IMG/VR virus record: IMGVR_UViG_3300031418_000005
Location: 1 to 64,000 of that record
Reading direction: 5' to 3' (one strand)
DNA length: 64,000 nucleotides
DNA from: a virus
The translations under genes and the position numbers were made by a program. The notes beneath the pieces are model-generated. The model was not told the DNA's origin. It worked only from the letters and a program-made list of their open reading frames with translations, and did no database searches. Positions 18,062 to 28,212 of this stretch are shown here, piece after piece (the stretch's first letter is position 1; every line of letters starts with the position of its first letter).

Positions 18062-18096
18062 AAATAAAAAGAAGGAACCAGGGGGTTGCCCCCCTG
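18062..18096 (-). terminator. Hairpin terminator
   Basis: caggggg/cccccctg stem plus A-tract. Confidence 0.65.
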
Positions 18097-18103
18097 TAGT
18101 GTG

Positions 18104-18496
18104 CTAGTAGCCGTACAACGGATAACGCGTTGCAATATCGTTTCCCACGTAGAACGTGAGAAGTTGGATATTGATGTTTTTGTTTTTGTGCGGTGCCACT
18201 TCGATGGCGACACGGGTACGTGCTGAACACGTACCAGCATCTACGAACTGGTAGGTAGACCGCTTGAGGTTCACCAAATAAAATCCCCCGGCAGGGCACA
18301 AATCCGATTTGCCGTAATTGATTACAGCCCATTCTTCATTGCGGGTGACCACAGTTGGATTGTCGTCAGCTTTAAAAACGATCGGCTTCTCACCAGGAAT
18401 TGCTGGTTTGTACTGCTGAATATCCGCAGGGACAAAAGCTTTTGCTGATGTGCAGACCGATAACAAGGCCACTAACACAACTAATACAATACGCAT
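18104..18496 (-). CDS. Putative secreted/periplasmic protein
   Basis: MRIVLVVLVALLSVCTSAKA signal peptide; two further Cys. Confidence 0.75.
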   Translation of the reverse strand: MRIVLVVLVALLSVCTSAKAFVPADIQQYKPAIPGEKPIVFKADDNPTVVTRNEEWAVINYGKSDLCPAGGFYLVNLKRSTYQFVDAGTCSARTRVAIEVAPHKNKNINIQLLTFYVGNDIATRYPLYGY

Positions 18497-18498
18497 CT

Positions 18499-18975
18499 TT
18501 ACGCATCCTCTTCTAAATAACATTGAAGCCAGTCCATAGACTCCAAACGCTTTATCATGTTCCGAGTATTCGGTGACCAGCGTAAGGCTTCATGGTACTG
18601 TTTTTTGAAGTGATGCCAGTGGTACGAAAAAGGCTTGGTTGGGTAGCCAGCTTCCTTTAGGACTTCTTCCCACTCCAGTTCCCGGATGAAATCGTCAATG
18701 ACCATTCCAACCAGTTCCTTCCATGAACTGCGGCGATAGTGTCGCTGCAACCGATGTTTTAAATCGGCATAACTTTTTCTTTTACTGGATCGTATTGCGG
18801 GCGTAGTCTTTGCTTTAAAAGTATTACAAACACTGTATTGGAGAATATTCACAGGTGTGCCGCGCAGTTTACCAGATTTGATATCCAGTTCATGCTCGGC
18901 CACCCGCTCTACACAGCGTATAGTTTTTGCCTGGAGGTCATCCAGACTTCGTGTTTCGTACACAACACGCAACAT
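18499..18975 (-). CDS. Basic hypothetical protein
   Basis: 158-aa ORF. Confidence 0.7.
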   Translation of the reverse strand: MLRVVYETRSLDDLQAKTIRCVERVAEHELDIKSGKLRGTPVNILQYSVCNTFKAKTTPAIRSSKRKSYADLKHRLQRHYRRSSWKELVGMVIDDFIRELEWEEVLKEAGYPTKPFSYHWHHFKKQYHEALRWSPNTRNMIKRLESMDWLQCYLEEDA

Positions 18976-18991
18976 GGTGCCGCTCTCGCTG

Positions 18992-19471
18992 TTAGTAGAC
19001 CTTATTCGCTACCGAGAGAAAGATTGGTGTGTTATCAACAAACTCAGCCAAATGGCCTTCTTCCGGTGGCGTGTATGACGCAACGATATAACTGTTCGTC
19101 ATACGAAAATAGCGACGGCTGTCGTTCGCGATATACCAACGGTCGATTTGGAAGCCTCGGGCTGAAAAGAAACCCAACGCGGCAATGTTTGACGGGTAGA
19201 CCCGGCACGCGACTTGCTTACGTTCGGAGTTCTGTTTCAGGTAGTTGAGCAGGAACGTAGCGACACCTTGACGACGACTTGGTTCGCTGACCACGACGTA
19301 AATCAAGTTACCGGGTTCCCACACCATGACACCGTGAGCGATATCATCTTCTACCGCCATCGTAACCCGTACCGGTTCTTCCCGGATGGAGTTGAGGTCA
19401 GCAATATAGGCTGTCAATCCGGGAAAGTTCTTCTCGGAGATTTTGTCTAAAGAAACATCAATCTGGTGCAT
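18992..19471 (-). CDS. GNAT acetyltransferase (RimI-like)
   Basis: VVSEPSRRQGVATFLL...VYPSNIAALGFFSARGF. Confidence 0.9.
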   Translation of the reverse strand: MHQIDVSLDKISEKNFPGLTAYIADLNSIREEPVRVTMAVEDDIAHGVMVWEPGNLIYVVVSEPSRRQGVATFLLNYLKQNSERKQVACRVYPSNIAALGFFSARGFQIDRWYIANDSRRYFRMTNSYIVASYTPPEEGHLAEFVDNTPIFLSVANKVY

Positions 19472-19472
19472 G

Positions 19473-20129
19473 TTACTTTCTCCCAGCTGTCCTGAGGACG
19501 GTATGCAGGATTTCCAGATTCTCTACCTGGAGAAATGCCTCCAGACGGGTGGAATGGAAAACCGCTAACCAATACTCGACGGGCTGTTTTCGTGTAGCAA
19601 GTTGTTTGGCAATACGGCGGAAGAAAGTGTTTACTGACATCTCTTCCATATCGAGTGTGGGGCGAACCCACTCCACGAGTAACCAAGTGCCCTTGTTCCG
19701 TCCGGCTTTGCCTTTCGGGGTGACGACCTTGACCGTATAGCCGTGGTCGAATATGCCAGGTTCATTTTTGGTGCGACGTGCAACAACTTCCCCTGTCAAC
19801 ATACCATATTTGATAATCTGTTCGCGCAGCTCAGCAAACACCTTCTGGTGTAGGTCCTTTAACTCGCGCTCGATACCATAACTATTAACGTGTTTGCTAC
19901 CGAGAATGTTCATCAGTTCACGGCTAAAACGTCCTTCGTGATACGGAACGTTGATGATTTGGTCAAGCCCGGTGATACCAAAACCCACACCCAGGTATTC
20001 AATTAGCCCGGCAATGATAAGCCGCTTACGTTCATCGGCGGTGAAAGACGCACGCGACAGGTTGTTAATGCAACCTAAAAGAGATGTAGCAGGCAGCAAC
20101 AGCGAACGACGGCGAAATTGCAGCTTCAT
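19473..20129 (-). CDS. Hypothetical protein
   Basis: Start MKLQFRR with AAGGA RBS. Confidence 0.7.
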   Translation of the reverse strand: MKLQFRRRSLLLPATSLLGCINNLSRASFTADERKRLIIAGLIEYLGVGFGITGLDQIINVPYHEGRFSRELMNILGSKHVNSYGIERELKDLHQKVFAELREQIIKYGMLTGEVVARRTKNEPGIFDHGYTVKVVTPKGKAGRNKGTWLLVEWVRPTLDMEEMSVNTFFRRIAKQLATRKQPVEYWLAVFHSTRLEAFLQVENLEILHTVLRTAGRK

Positions 20130-20156
20130 GGTTATTATCCTTTCGGTAAGACGAAT

Positions 20157-20180
20157 CACATTAATCGCTAAAATTGTAAT
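20157..20180 (-). promoter_or_regulatory. ATTAC-N15-TGTG promoter-like variant
   Basis: ATTACaattttagcgattaaTGTG. Confidence 0.5.
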
Positions 20181-20181
20181 T

Positions 20182-20215
20182 AAAAAAGAAAAGCCTCTCT
20201 CCACATGGAGAGAGG
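20182..20215 (-). terminator. Rho-independent terminator
   Basis: cctctctcca/tggagagagg plus A-tract. Confidence 0.8.
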
Positions 20216-20221
20216 ACTTAA

Positions 20222-20800
20222 TTACTTCGTAGATGTAGTCGTGGTAGGCTTCGACTGTTGCGAACCTTTTTGAAGTTTTGCTTCCACAACACGGGTCGCG
20301 ACTTCCAGCGATTTGTACGCCAGGGTCTTGATAGGCCAGGTTGCGAACACAAACAAAGCGAAAAGGGGTAGCAGGCCCACAACCAACACATCGGTGATAT
20401 CACCGGTGGGACGGACATGGGTGTCGTACGCCAGGAAACCAGAAACAACTACAGTGGTCAGCGCCAACATCACGATTAACGCACGTTGCGCTTTCCCAAG
20501 CTTAGGCCACAAGGTGAGCATTGTTTCTTTGCCCATCTCATCACCCAGCCCCTCAACGGACACCACCGCGCGATTCTCAAAACCCTCTGCCATCTTGCCA
20601 ATGCTGTCCAACAGCACGGGGCGTAAGGTGGCGAGAATTACGTTCGCGGGTTTGGTCACATCGATAACGGCTCCGGCACCGAGTGCCGTCGTAGCAGCCG
20701 CCGTCAGTTTATCCGCTTCTTCCTTGCTGAGCTTATTGGTGCCCGCTTGAATGAGAACGTCTAATACTGCGGTGGAGGCTTCCTGCAAAGACTGCGACAT
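20222..20800 (-). CDS. Membrane protein (two C-terminal TM helices)
   Basis: ALIVMLALTTVVVSGFLAY and VLVVGLLPLFALFVFATW. Confidence 0.75.
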   Translation of the reverse strand: MSQSLQEASTAVLDVLIQAGTNKLSKEEADKLTAAATTALGAGAVIDVTKPANVILATLRPVLLDSIGKMAEGFENRAVVSVEGLGDEMGKETMLTLWPKLGKAQRALIVMLALTTVVVSGFLAYDTHVRPTGDITDVLVVGLLPLFALFVFATWPIKTLAYKSLEVATRVVEAKLQKGSQQSKPTTTTSTK

Positions 20801-20802
20801 CG

Positions 20803-21456
20803 CTATTTCCTCCGACGCTTACTTCGCCGCTTCTTGCCTGCGGCACCTTTCGGCGCTTTGACACGCGGCGGGAGCAGGCTATTTAAGTTTAATAAGTTGA
20901 CCCTGACGAAGATGTTACCCACCGCCACGGCATCGATGCTGTGTTCATCCAGCGTCGATAAATCAATGAGGGTGTGGTCAGCATATAGTTTACAGACAGC
21001 CGCAAACATGTGCGTCTTATCTGTGCCCTTTGATTCCACACCGACGTATGATTTCACAATAATGGGGTTGAACCCATGGAGGACTTTTTCTGGGTAGACT
21101 TCCCAGAGTGTACGACGCAACATAAGTTGCAATTCCACCCCAGACTCATACGCGGACAATGTCTTCCGTCGCATGAATGGCGTCTCGGTTGTGACAAATG
21201 TCGGACACGCAATCCGCAAGAACTCACGGAACGTTTCCTGCAATTCCACCAACCGCTCGTCACGATTGCCCACCGTCTCCGCGAACGAAGAGTAGTGGGC
21301 GGAATTCGTAACGTGAGCCGTGTCTGCCCAGACAACTTCGGCTATCTCTGCTCCGTACTCCCAGTCTAATACCGCCATCCCGAGGTGGGATGTACCGGGG
21401 TCAACGCAGGCTATCCGAACCATCCTGTCAGGCAATCTCGGCTCGGGAATTATCAT
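20803..21456 (-). CDS. ruvC: RuvC-like Holliday junction resolvase
   Basis: IACVDPGTSHLG, TETPF, DEHSIDAVAVG acidic catalytic motifs. Confidence 0.85.
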   Translation of the reverse strand: MIIPEPRLPDRMVRIACVDPGTSHLGMAVLDWEYGAEIAEVVWADTAHVTNSAHYSSFAETVGNRDERLVELQETFREFLRIACPTFVTTETPFMRRKTLSAYESGVELQLMLRRTLWEVYPEKVLHGFNPIIVKSYVGVESKGTDKTHMFAAVCKLYADHTLIDLSTLDEHSIDAVAVGNIFVRVNLLNLNSLLPPRVKAPKGAAGKKRRSKRRRK

Positions 21457-22343
21457 CAGTTCGCAGTTCCTAAGAAGAACGGCGCAGGCTGACCGACACG
21501 GATTGTCAGTGACAGACGGTCATTGGTCTGTGCCAGGTTGGTAAACAGAGAGATGTAGTACAGTGCTTGCACACCGATGGCTTCGTCGTACGTGAACTTC
21601 GACCCGGTGGCAGATTCGCCTGATGCCGGAGTGTCCATACCAGAACACAGGGCAATCTCAGAGATGATAGAACTACGCGGAGAACCACGCATGATGCTGG
21701 TGACATTCATGTATTCCTGGACGTCGAACTCTGTCCACGGAATTACCAGGTCAGCGCCTGACTCCACGTAACGACCATCCGGGATTTCCACGGTGCCGTC
21801 ATCGTCGAAGTTGTATTCCGGCAGCTCTTTCGGTACCGGGTTCAGTTCGGCATCGGTGTAGACGAAGTCTTCGATTTTCTCCACACCGTTTTCACGCGTG
21901 ATATCAAGGTCAGTGGTTTTCACCGCACGCATATCGACACGTTTCAGGTAGTACGCCCAGTAATCGCGACCGTTGATGTTTTCCTGCACACGGAAGGCGT
22001 AATCTTTACGCTGTTCGTCCGACAGGTCATTATCCATGGTACGCAGCACCAGCGGCACACGCGAGAACATCCCCGACGTAATCGGAGTCTTGCCCACCGG
22101 CACTACGTCAGCGACCACATCAGACTGGTCAACCATGTGGCCACGGTTCCCCACGCACATATAGCGCATGTGTGGACGATCGGTACCATCTGGCAGTTTC
22201 GCGGTCTGGAGTTTGTAGTATTCGTTCAGAGTCGACTTTTGCGGATACTGAACATCGCAACCCATGATGAGTGCGGTAGACAAGCGCATTGCGTTCAGTG
22301 TCACCGTCGAGAGTTTACCGTCGTAAACTTTGGTGTTAGCCAT
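21456..22343 (-). CDS. Conserved virion structural protein (phiKZ gp139-like)
   Basis: STLNE, YMCVGNRGH, R.PLVLR...NDL, AYYLKR motifs; synteny. Confidence 0.7.
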   Translation of the reverse strand: MANTKVYDGKLSTVTLNAMRLSTALIMGCDVQYPQKSTLNEYYKLQTAKLPDGTDRPHMRYMCVGNRGHMVDQSDVVADVVPVGKTPITSGMFSRVPLVLRTMDNDLSDEQRKDYAFRVQENINGRDYWAYYLKRVDMRAVKTTDLDITRENGVEKIEDFVYTDAELNPVPKELPEYNFDDDGTVEIPDGRYVESGADLVIPWTEFDVQEYMNVTSIMRGSPRSSIISEIALCSGMDTPASGESATGSKFTYDEAIGVQALYYISLFTNLAQTNDRLSLTIRVGQPAPFFLGTAN

Positions 22344-22864
22344 TATAGAAATACTCCATAGAGGAACCCATCCAAGGCCCGCTTCGTGACCAGGTTAGCC
22401 AGAAGTCGTGGTGTCGGGTCGACAAATACAATTGTGATAGTGCCTTTAAAAGACAGATGATTCGGCATGAGCCGTGCTTGATACGTTTCCATATCATCAG
22501 TAATTGGCTCAACCATGATGTCGTACTTCTCAAGGTCTAAGCCAATCTGGTCGATGATGTAGGGTGCTAACTCATGACTCCACTCCACCGCACCTTTCGG
22601 CACTTCCACTTCAATCCCAACCAGGAACTTGGACAGGTCGGCACGGGTGATATAAAATTCACGGGTACCAGTTACCCCGTTCTTAAAGCGCGCCGCGACT
22701 TTAGACTCTACCCCTTTTTTACGCACTTCTTCTTTCGTCAGCGGTTGGGCACCAGCCGGATGGAAGTCGTAGTTATCAGCAGTATAGGATAGACCGAATA
22801 CGTAGTTAAAACGATCTACCAGTATCTGCTTCGGGGGTTTAGTTAAATCAATACGGTATCCCAT
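22343..22864 (-). CDS. Virion structural protein, tail/baseplate-associated family
   Basis: IDLTKPP..ILVD..N, ITRADLS, LANLVTKRALDGF. Confidence 0.7.
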   Translation of the reverse strand: MGYRIDLTKPPKQILVDRFNYVFGLSYTADNYDFHPAGAQPLTKEEVRKKGVESKVAARFKNGVTGTREFYITRADLSKFLVGIEVEVPKGAVEWSHELAPYIIDQIGLDLEKYDIMVEPITDDMETYQARLMPNHLSFKGTITIVFVDPTPRLLANLVTKRALDGFLYGVFL

Positions 22865-22871
22865 AAGCCTC

Positions 22872-25061
22872 TCACTTTGGTAATTGGTCGAGTTTGAACC
22901 CGTCGAGCACCCCTTGCGGTACGCGTTCGCCTAAGCTCCACTCTTCGAAAGACGTCCGGACACGAGTGACACCCACTGATGGCTGGTTAACATCCACCAC
23001 CACAGATTGCGTGACTTTCACACGGATACCCATGTAAATGTTCATCCGCAGTTTGATACGCTGCGGAATCGCCAGAGATTTAATCACAGGCGTTGGGGGT
23101 AGCACGGTGTCGGTCGACATAAACTGACTGCGGCTGACGTTGGTAATGTCCGTTAACGGCTCCACGATATCCACCGTCCCTTCACCGCTCATCGGGATAT
23201 CATCCAGAATTGGGCACAGGGGGTCCATCACGTCGTAGGAATCGGAACCCATGCGGGCAGCAAAGTGCACGGTATAAGACGACAGCTTCGTCATCAGGCG
23301 CACCATCGCACGCTGAATCTCAGACTGCGAGATAACCGCGCGGGTTTCCAGGTTCGTGGCAACGTTAAAGGCATCCGTAGCGATATCTTGCCAGGTTTCC
23401 GCAGACACCAGGGTGTAGTCAAACCCGAAGGTTTTGAAGAACTGGTCGTAACTGGTGTACGACAATTTCAGGTCACACTTGTAGTCGCGGTAGTGATAAG
23501 CAAACAACATCTCACCGGCGGCACGGTCTTTGAGCTTACGGCGGTTCTTCCCATAACGCCAACGACGACGTTTGTTAGTGATTATCTCATTAACATTGTC
23601 GTACAGCTCATCCGCCGACCCCACATTACCGATAACTTCGGTGTGTGTCGCGGTGTAGTAGCTGATCAGCTGGTCGAAACGCCCTTCCCAACTTGGAATT
23701 AAGTGACGTTCCATCTCGTCAAACGAAACCCAACGTTTGATAAGCACCCCGAACACGTTGAAGACCGGGATAGTTGTCAGGTCAACGTCAGAATACCCTT
23801 TGTAGCTGGCATACAAGAACAGCGCGAGCAATTCTTTTGATGAGAGCTTAAGGGTATCGCCGTTGGTGGGGTTCAGGATTTCGTGATAGATGTTGTATTT
23901 CCCTTCGGCCACCAGATGCACCCACTCGTTAAAGAGGTTGTGCATGAACTCGAATCGTTCAATGGCTTCCGGGTCGACTGCGGTGACTTCCACGAGCTTC
24001 GTGGGGAGGTTCGGGTATTGCGTTAACGACAAGCGGGTGTCGAGGGCTTCCTGATACTCTGGCTCGTAGACGGCGTTATTATAAGCCAGCCCTACTTCCT
24101 TCTGGATGATGTCCGTGGTGGTCACCAAATCCAGGTCACGTCCGGAATCCTTTTCGGTGTAGTTCAGCGATTGCTGATAACCGATAGGTAACGGGGTCAG
24201 GTCATCATCACTTCCCGATTCAGGGTTGTGAATCTGTTGTGCCACTTTATACCCAACCGCAGGCATCCCCCATCCAGTTAACAGGGCATCAATCTGCCAA
24301 GAAAAGATTTCTTCTTTCCCGGAGTTACGCTCCCAGTAACGGATGTTACGATACAGAATGAATTTCTGCTTCTGCGTCAGGTACGGCATGAACTCGTGCA
24401 GCTCTTGGTGCGATGCCAGGAACTCTGTCACGTAGTAGCTGTGCGTTTCCGTGGTGTGTTGCAAACATCCGCGCAGGTAAATGATAATCCCTGGCAGGTT
24501 CGGAAACAGCATGGAGTAGAACGCTAACACAAACGCATCGTTGTGTACCTTCCACCCTTCTGACATATACCGGACATGCAACGCCCGGATACGCGCTTCC
24601 AGTGTCGGAATCAGCGAGGTCTCCTGTGACTCAACTAACGATGGGTCGTAATAGAGAATAGAGCAGTCGTCAACGCGTAATGCGTAGTCCAAATCTACCG
24701 GCCAGAATACCCCGCGGATGTACACCGCGTAGTCGAGATTGTTGAGAATCAACTGGTCGATGTACTCGGGGTTCGATCGATAAACGTTAGAGGTCTTTTT
24801 ATGACGAGACAGGTTCGCTGCCGTGAGTTCTATCTGCTCATTGTTATCACTGTCCAGCGACGTAATGTAAATCGGTTTATCAATGGCATGACGTTTGCCT
24901 GCTAAGTGCAGGTAGTAACGCCAGGTCGCGCGGTTCTCAGCAACGTAGCCGCCACTTTCTCTAATTGCCAGGTTCATCTGCTGTGCTATCGAATCCGATT
25001 TAATAATCAAGGATTTAGCGAGCGCGATGGCCTGATCTCGAAATATGTTAAATCTCTGCAT
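22872..25061 (-). CDS. Baseplate/virion structural protein (phiKZ gp128-like)
   Basis: Start MQRFN; TWRYYLHLAG, LYRNIRY.ERN.GK, LSSYTVH; divergent from the portal gene. Confidence 0.7.
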   Translation of the reverse strand: MQRFNIFRDQAIALAKSLIIKSDSIAQQMNLAIRESGGYVAENRATWRYYLHLAGKRHAIDKPIYITSLDSDNNEQIELTAANLSRHKKTSNVYRSNPEYIDQLILNNLDYAVYIRGVFWPVDLDYALRVDDCSILYYDPSLVESQETSLIPTLEARIRALHVRYMSEGWKVHNDAFVLAFYSMLFPNLPGIIIYLRGCLQHTTETHSYYVTEFLASHQELHEFMPYLTQKQKFILYRNIRYWERNSGKEEIFSWQIDALLTGWGMPAVGYKVAQQIHNPESGSDDDLTPLPIGYQQSLNYTEKDSGRDLDLVTTTDIIQKEVGLAYNNAVYEPEYQEALDTRLSLTQYPNLPTKLVEVTAVDPEAIERFEFMHNLFNEWVHLVAEGKYNIYHEILNPTNGDTLKLSSKELLALFLYASYKGYSDVDLTTIPVFNVFGVLIKRWVSFDEMERHLIPSWEGRFDQLISYYTATHTEVIGNVGSADELYDNVNEIITNKRRRWRYGKNRRKLKDRAAGEMLFAYHYRDYKCDLKLSYTSYDQFFKTFGFDYTLVSAETWQDIATDAFNVATNLETRAVISQSEIQRAMVRLMTKLSSYTVHFAARMGSDSYDVMDPLCPILDDIPMSGEGTVDIVEPLTDITNVSRSQFMSTDTVLPPTPVIKSLAIPQRIKLRMNIYMGIRVKVTQSVVVDVNQPSVGVTRVRTSFEEWSLGERVPQGVLDGFKLDQLPK

Positions 25062-25072
25062 CGGAGACCCCA

Positions 25073-27814
25073 ATGGACGATTATAGTAAATTAACGGGCG
25101 ACCCCGCCATTTCAGCGGTCTTGCGTAAAAGCACAGGCCCAGCTTCCTCGCAAGAGCGCGGAAAACGTGAAGAAGGCGGCGTAACACCTACCCGGTCAGA
25201 ACTCACCGGTATCGCGAGTTCTCGCATCCGCACAGTGAAGAACGCTGAGCGTATTTACGATGCGTTACCGGAACTGGAGATAATCGTCACCATTGCGACG
25301 TCATCACTCCTGTCCACAAAAGATTTGATTAATACCACGCTGATTTACGACAACACAGCTGATATCCCGATTGATTTACGAGCAGCAATGTTGGAACCGG
25401 TACGTGAGTTCCACGACAAGACACGCGATCTGCCGAAGAAACTTTACCAGTGGATGTACGATGCGCTGAAATCCAAAGGTGCCTCACCGGTGATGATTCT
25501 CTCAGACACCGGGTTTGACGAACTCTTTGGGTTAAAGCCGAACGTGGCCCAGGAGTCGGTCAGGAAATCACAGGCGGACTTCTTTGAACAACAGCTGGGG
25601 ATTCTCGGTGATGTTAATCCAGAAGCTGCGCCGAAGGTTGGTGTAGAAAGCATTCTGGGTCGTGCCCGCGGGCAAACCAGAAAAGCCAAACCACAAACAC
25701 TGACCATCGACTTCGCCAAAGGCGATAAATGTTTCGCCGAAGGCTTCAAGCTCGACCTGGCCCTCACCGATAACCCGAAGATTACTTTACTGCCAGAAGC
25801 CTATCGCCGTGTCGCGCAAGAGAATGCGCGCACGCAGCTGTATGGGCAACTGGAGCAGTACGCATATGAACAGCCTAGCACGCCATCTGGTTCATCGCAG
25901 TATGATGCTGACGGCTTCAAAGACCGTGATGAACAAGCAGCAAAAGCGGGGCTCATCAATCTCGGGGATTTGAACGAGGCGTACAAGTCCACACCGTCTG
26001 TGAAGATGTATGGTGAAGTGCCAACTATCTCCATGGCGGATGCTAACAAAATCGAGTACATCGAACGTCTGCTGCCTGCGGAATCAACCTTACCGTTGGT
26101 GATTGGCGATGATGTACGAAATCCCATCGGCTATCTGGCCATTGTCGATGAAATGGGTAACTTCATTAACTCGCGTTCCTCGTTGTACGGCGATGCGAAC
26201 TTCATGAACTACCTGAACAACGACGGGATGAATGACAGTATCATTAACCGCGCGAACCTCGGAATGGGTAACACCACACGGGTCACGCCGGATATTGCTG
26301 CACGTCTGACTGCCCGCTATGGTGAGATTGCCGAAGACCAGCTGACTAAAGCGTTGGGTGACGCACTGGGTGGTGCTGAGCTGAGCATGACGGTAACAGA
26401 AACGTTTGGTCGTATCATGCTGGCACGCCACCTGGCCAAACGCCACACCCAGGTTATCTATATCCCTGCAAGCAACCTGTGCTACTTCGCCACCGACTTC
26501 GACGAAGACGGTATCGGGGTTTCCATCACTGAACGTTCGTTCATTATCTCGTCTGTGCGTATGGCGCTGCTGTTTGCGACCATGAACTCGGCGATTCTGA
26601 ACTCTGCACGTCACATGCAGTTCGACATTGAACTGTCACCGGACGACATGAACGGTCAGAAAACGGTTGACCAGGCCAAAGCCGATATCATCAACTCCTA
26701 TAACCGCCGCCAACCGCAGTGGGGGGATATGAATGATATCTGGTCAATGGCTTCGAACGCGGGACTGGCCTTTAACGTTACCGGGAACGACTACTACGCC
26801 AGCACCAAGATTACTCAGCAGGATAACACGCCGGACTATAAAGAACCGAACGCGGAATTCGATGAGACCTTGCTGCGCCGTACATGTCACCTGGCAGGTG
26901 TTGACCCTGACCTGGTACTGACGCCAGAGAACCTGGAGTTCGCTTCGCAGATTTTCTCGAAGTCCCTTCTGGTTACTCAGCAGATTACCAAGAAGCAGGA
27001 AATTCTCTCAACGCCACTGACCCGTTATGTTACCAACTCCCTGCAAGCCTCACCTGCACTGCAATCCGCTCTGATTAAAATCATTGTGGAGCATCTGCGT
27101 GAAGCCGATCCTGGTGTCACGACTGATGTGATTACGCAGAAGACCTCGGAGATTCTGGCGAAGTTTATCAACGGTATGAAAGTAACCTTACCGCCACCGG
27201 ATACGTCTGCAGCAGCATCGCAAATGGATCTGTTCGATAAGCGCATGGAGTTCTTCGAGAAACTGGCTGATCTGGTTGTGACGGATGACATGAACAACAG
27301 CCTGCAGAACGAAGGTATCGGGATCTCGCCTGACGACCTGAAGACCATGCTCAAAACCTTCTACGCTCGTAACTGGCTGCGTAAGCAAGGTATTGAGAAT
27401 GACTTCTTCGACCTTATCTACGACGATGAGAAACGTCAGGATAACGTGAAGATGATTTCCGATGAGGTGGCTGCCGGAAGTAAGACGCTGATTCAGCTTG
27501 CCAAACGTGTCTCAGGTAAGATTGAGACGCTGGCCAGCAATGCCGACCTGGATGCAAATGCTGGGGCAGGCGGTGGCTTTGATGGTGGCTTCGGAGGTGA
27601 CAATAACGACGGCGGGGACGGAGGTGATGGCGGTTTAGGTGGGGACGATGACCTGAACCTGAATGACGGTACCGACGACATCAGTGATGATGGAGCAGGT
27701 GGCACGGGTGGTGATTCGGATAACCTGTTAGATGACGACAATGCTAACAATGATAATCCGACTGACGACAACGCCAATACCGACGACAACACTGACGACG
27801 ATATTCCGCTCTAA
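25073..27814 (+). CDS. Portal protein (phiKZ gp129/SPN3US gp81-like)
   Basis: 913 aa; LPELE, IMLARHL, DEDGIG.S motifs; G/D-rich C-terminal tail; AxE sites; synteny. Confidence 0.8.
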   Translation: MDDYSKLTGDPAISAVLRKSTGPASSQERGKREEGGVTPTRSELTGIASSRIRTVKNAERIYDALPELEIIVTIATSSLLSTKDLINTTLIYDNTADIPIDLRAAMLEPVREFHDKTRDLPKKLYQWMYDALKSKGASPVMILSDTGFDELFGLKPNVAQESVRKSQADFFEQQLGILGDVNPEAAPKVGVESILGRARGQTRKAKPQTLTIDFAKGDKCFAEGFKLDLALTDNPKITLLPEAYRRVAQENARTQLYGQLEQYAYEQPSTPSGSSQYDADGFKDRDEQAAKAGLINLGDLNEAYKSTPSVKMYGEVPTISMADANKIEYIERLLPAESTLPLVIGDDVRNPIGYLAIVDEMGNFINSRSSLYGDANFMNYLNNDGMNDSIINRANLGMGNTTRVTPDIAARLTARYGEIAEDQLTKALGDALGGAELSMTVTETFGRIMLARHLAKRHTQVIYIPASNLCYFATDFDEDGIGVSITERSFIISSVRMALLFATMNSAILNSARHMQFDIELSPDDMNGQKTVDQAKADIINSYNRRQPQWGDMNDIWSMASNAGLAFNVTGNDYYASTKITQQDNTPDYKEPNAEFDETLLRRTCHLAGVDPDLVLTPENLEFASQIFSKSLLVTQQITKKQEILSTPLTRYVTNSLQASPALQSALIKIIVEHLREADPGVTTDVITQKTSEILAKFINGMKVTLPPPDTSAAASQMDLFDKRMEFFEKLADLVVTDDMNNSLQNEGIGISPDDLKTMLKTFYARNWLRKQGIENDFFDLIYDDEKRQDNVKMISDEVAAGSKTLIQLAKRVSGKIETLASNADLDANAGAGGGFDGGFGGDNNDGGDGGDGGLGGDDDLNLNDGTDDISDDGAGGTGGDSDNLLDDDNANNDNPTDDNANTDDNTDDDIPL

Positions 27815-27818
27815 GGGC

Positions 27819-27866
27819 AAAAAAAATAAAGGTACCTACTCCTTCGGGAGTAGGTATTCTTTTTTT
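27819..27866. terminator. Bidirectional terminator
   Basis: tacctactcc-ttcg-ggagtaggta flanked by A- and T-tracts between convergent genes. Confidence 0.9.
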
Positions 27867-28185
27867 ATTCGTCATCAAACGTCTGCTCTTTGGGTTTGTT
27901 CGCTGGCTCGTCTAACATCACCCCAATCGCCAGAGTGTCATTCTCAAAGGGTTTAAGCTTTTCCAGTACATCGGTAAGCTTTGCGACGCGCAACGCCTGT
28001 AAGAGCGTCTCACGGGCGTTATAATAGATTAACCAGCGACGTCCATGGTTAATGGTAGTCTTTGACTTGCGAAAGTGGACTAAGAACGCTTCCGTGGCTT
28101 TCGTGTCGGGTAATTCAAAGCGGAATCTGACACTGCGATCAAAGTCCAGGTTTATCACAATCAGCTTGACCATATCCAACCTCAC
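27865..28185 (-). CDS. Hypothetical protein
   Basis: About 100-aa ORF between two terminators. Confidence 0.65.
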   Translation of the reverse strand: MRLDMVKLIVINLDFDRSVRFRFELPDTKATEAFLVHFRKSKTTINHGRRWLIYYNARETLLQALRVAKLTDVLEKLKPFENDTLAIGVMLDEPANKPKEQTFDDE

Positions 28186-28212
28186 TATAGAGCTAGTCTA
28201 TAATAAGCGCTT

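Noticed and set aside
18047-18070. Additional TTT-N17-TATG site before 17391..18008
   Set aside because: Spacing is met only through a long T-run with no AC/C at the expected position; not counted
27560-27810. GAC/GGY-rich repeats as a repeat array or CRISPR
   Set aside because: They encode the acidic Gly/Asp-rich portal tail; no repeat-spacer structure
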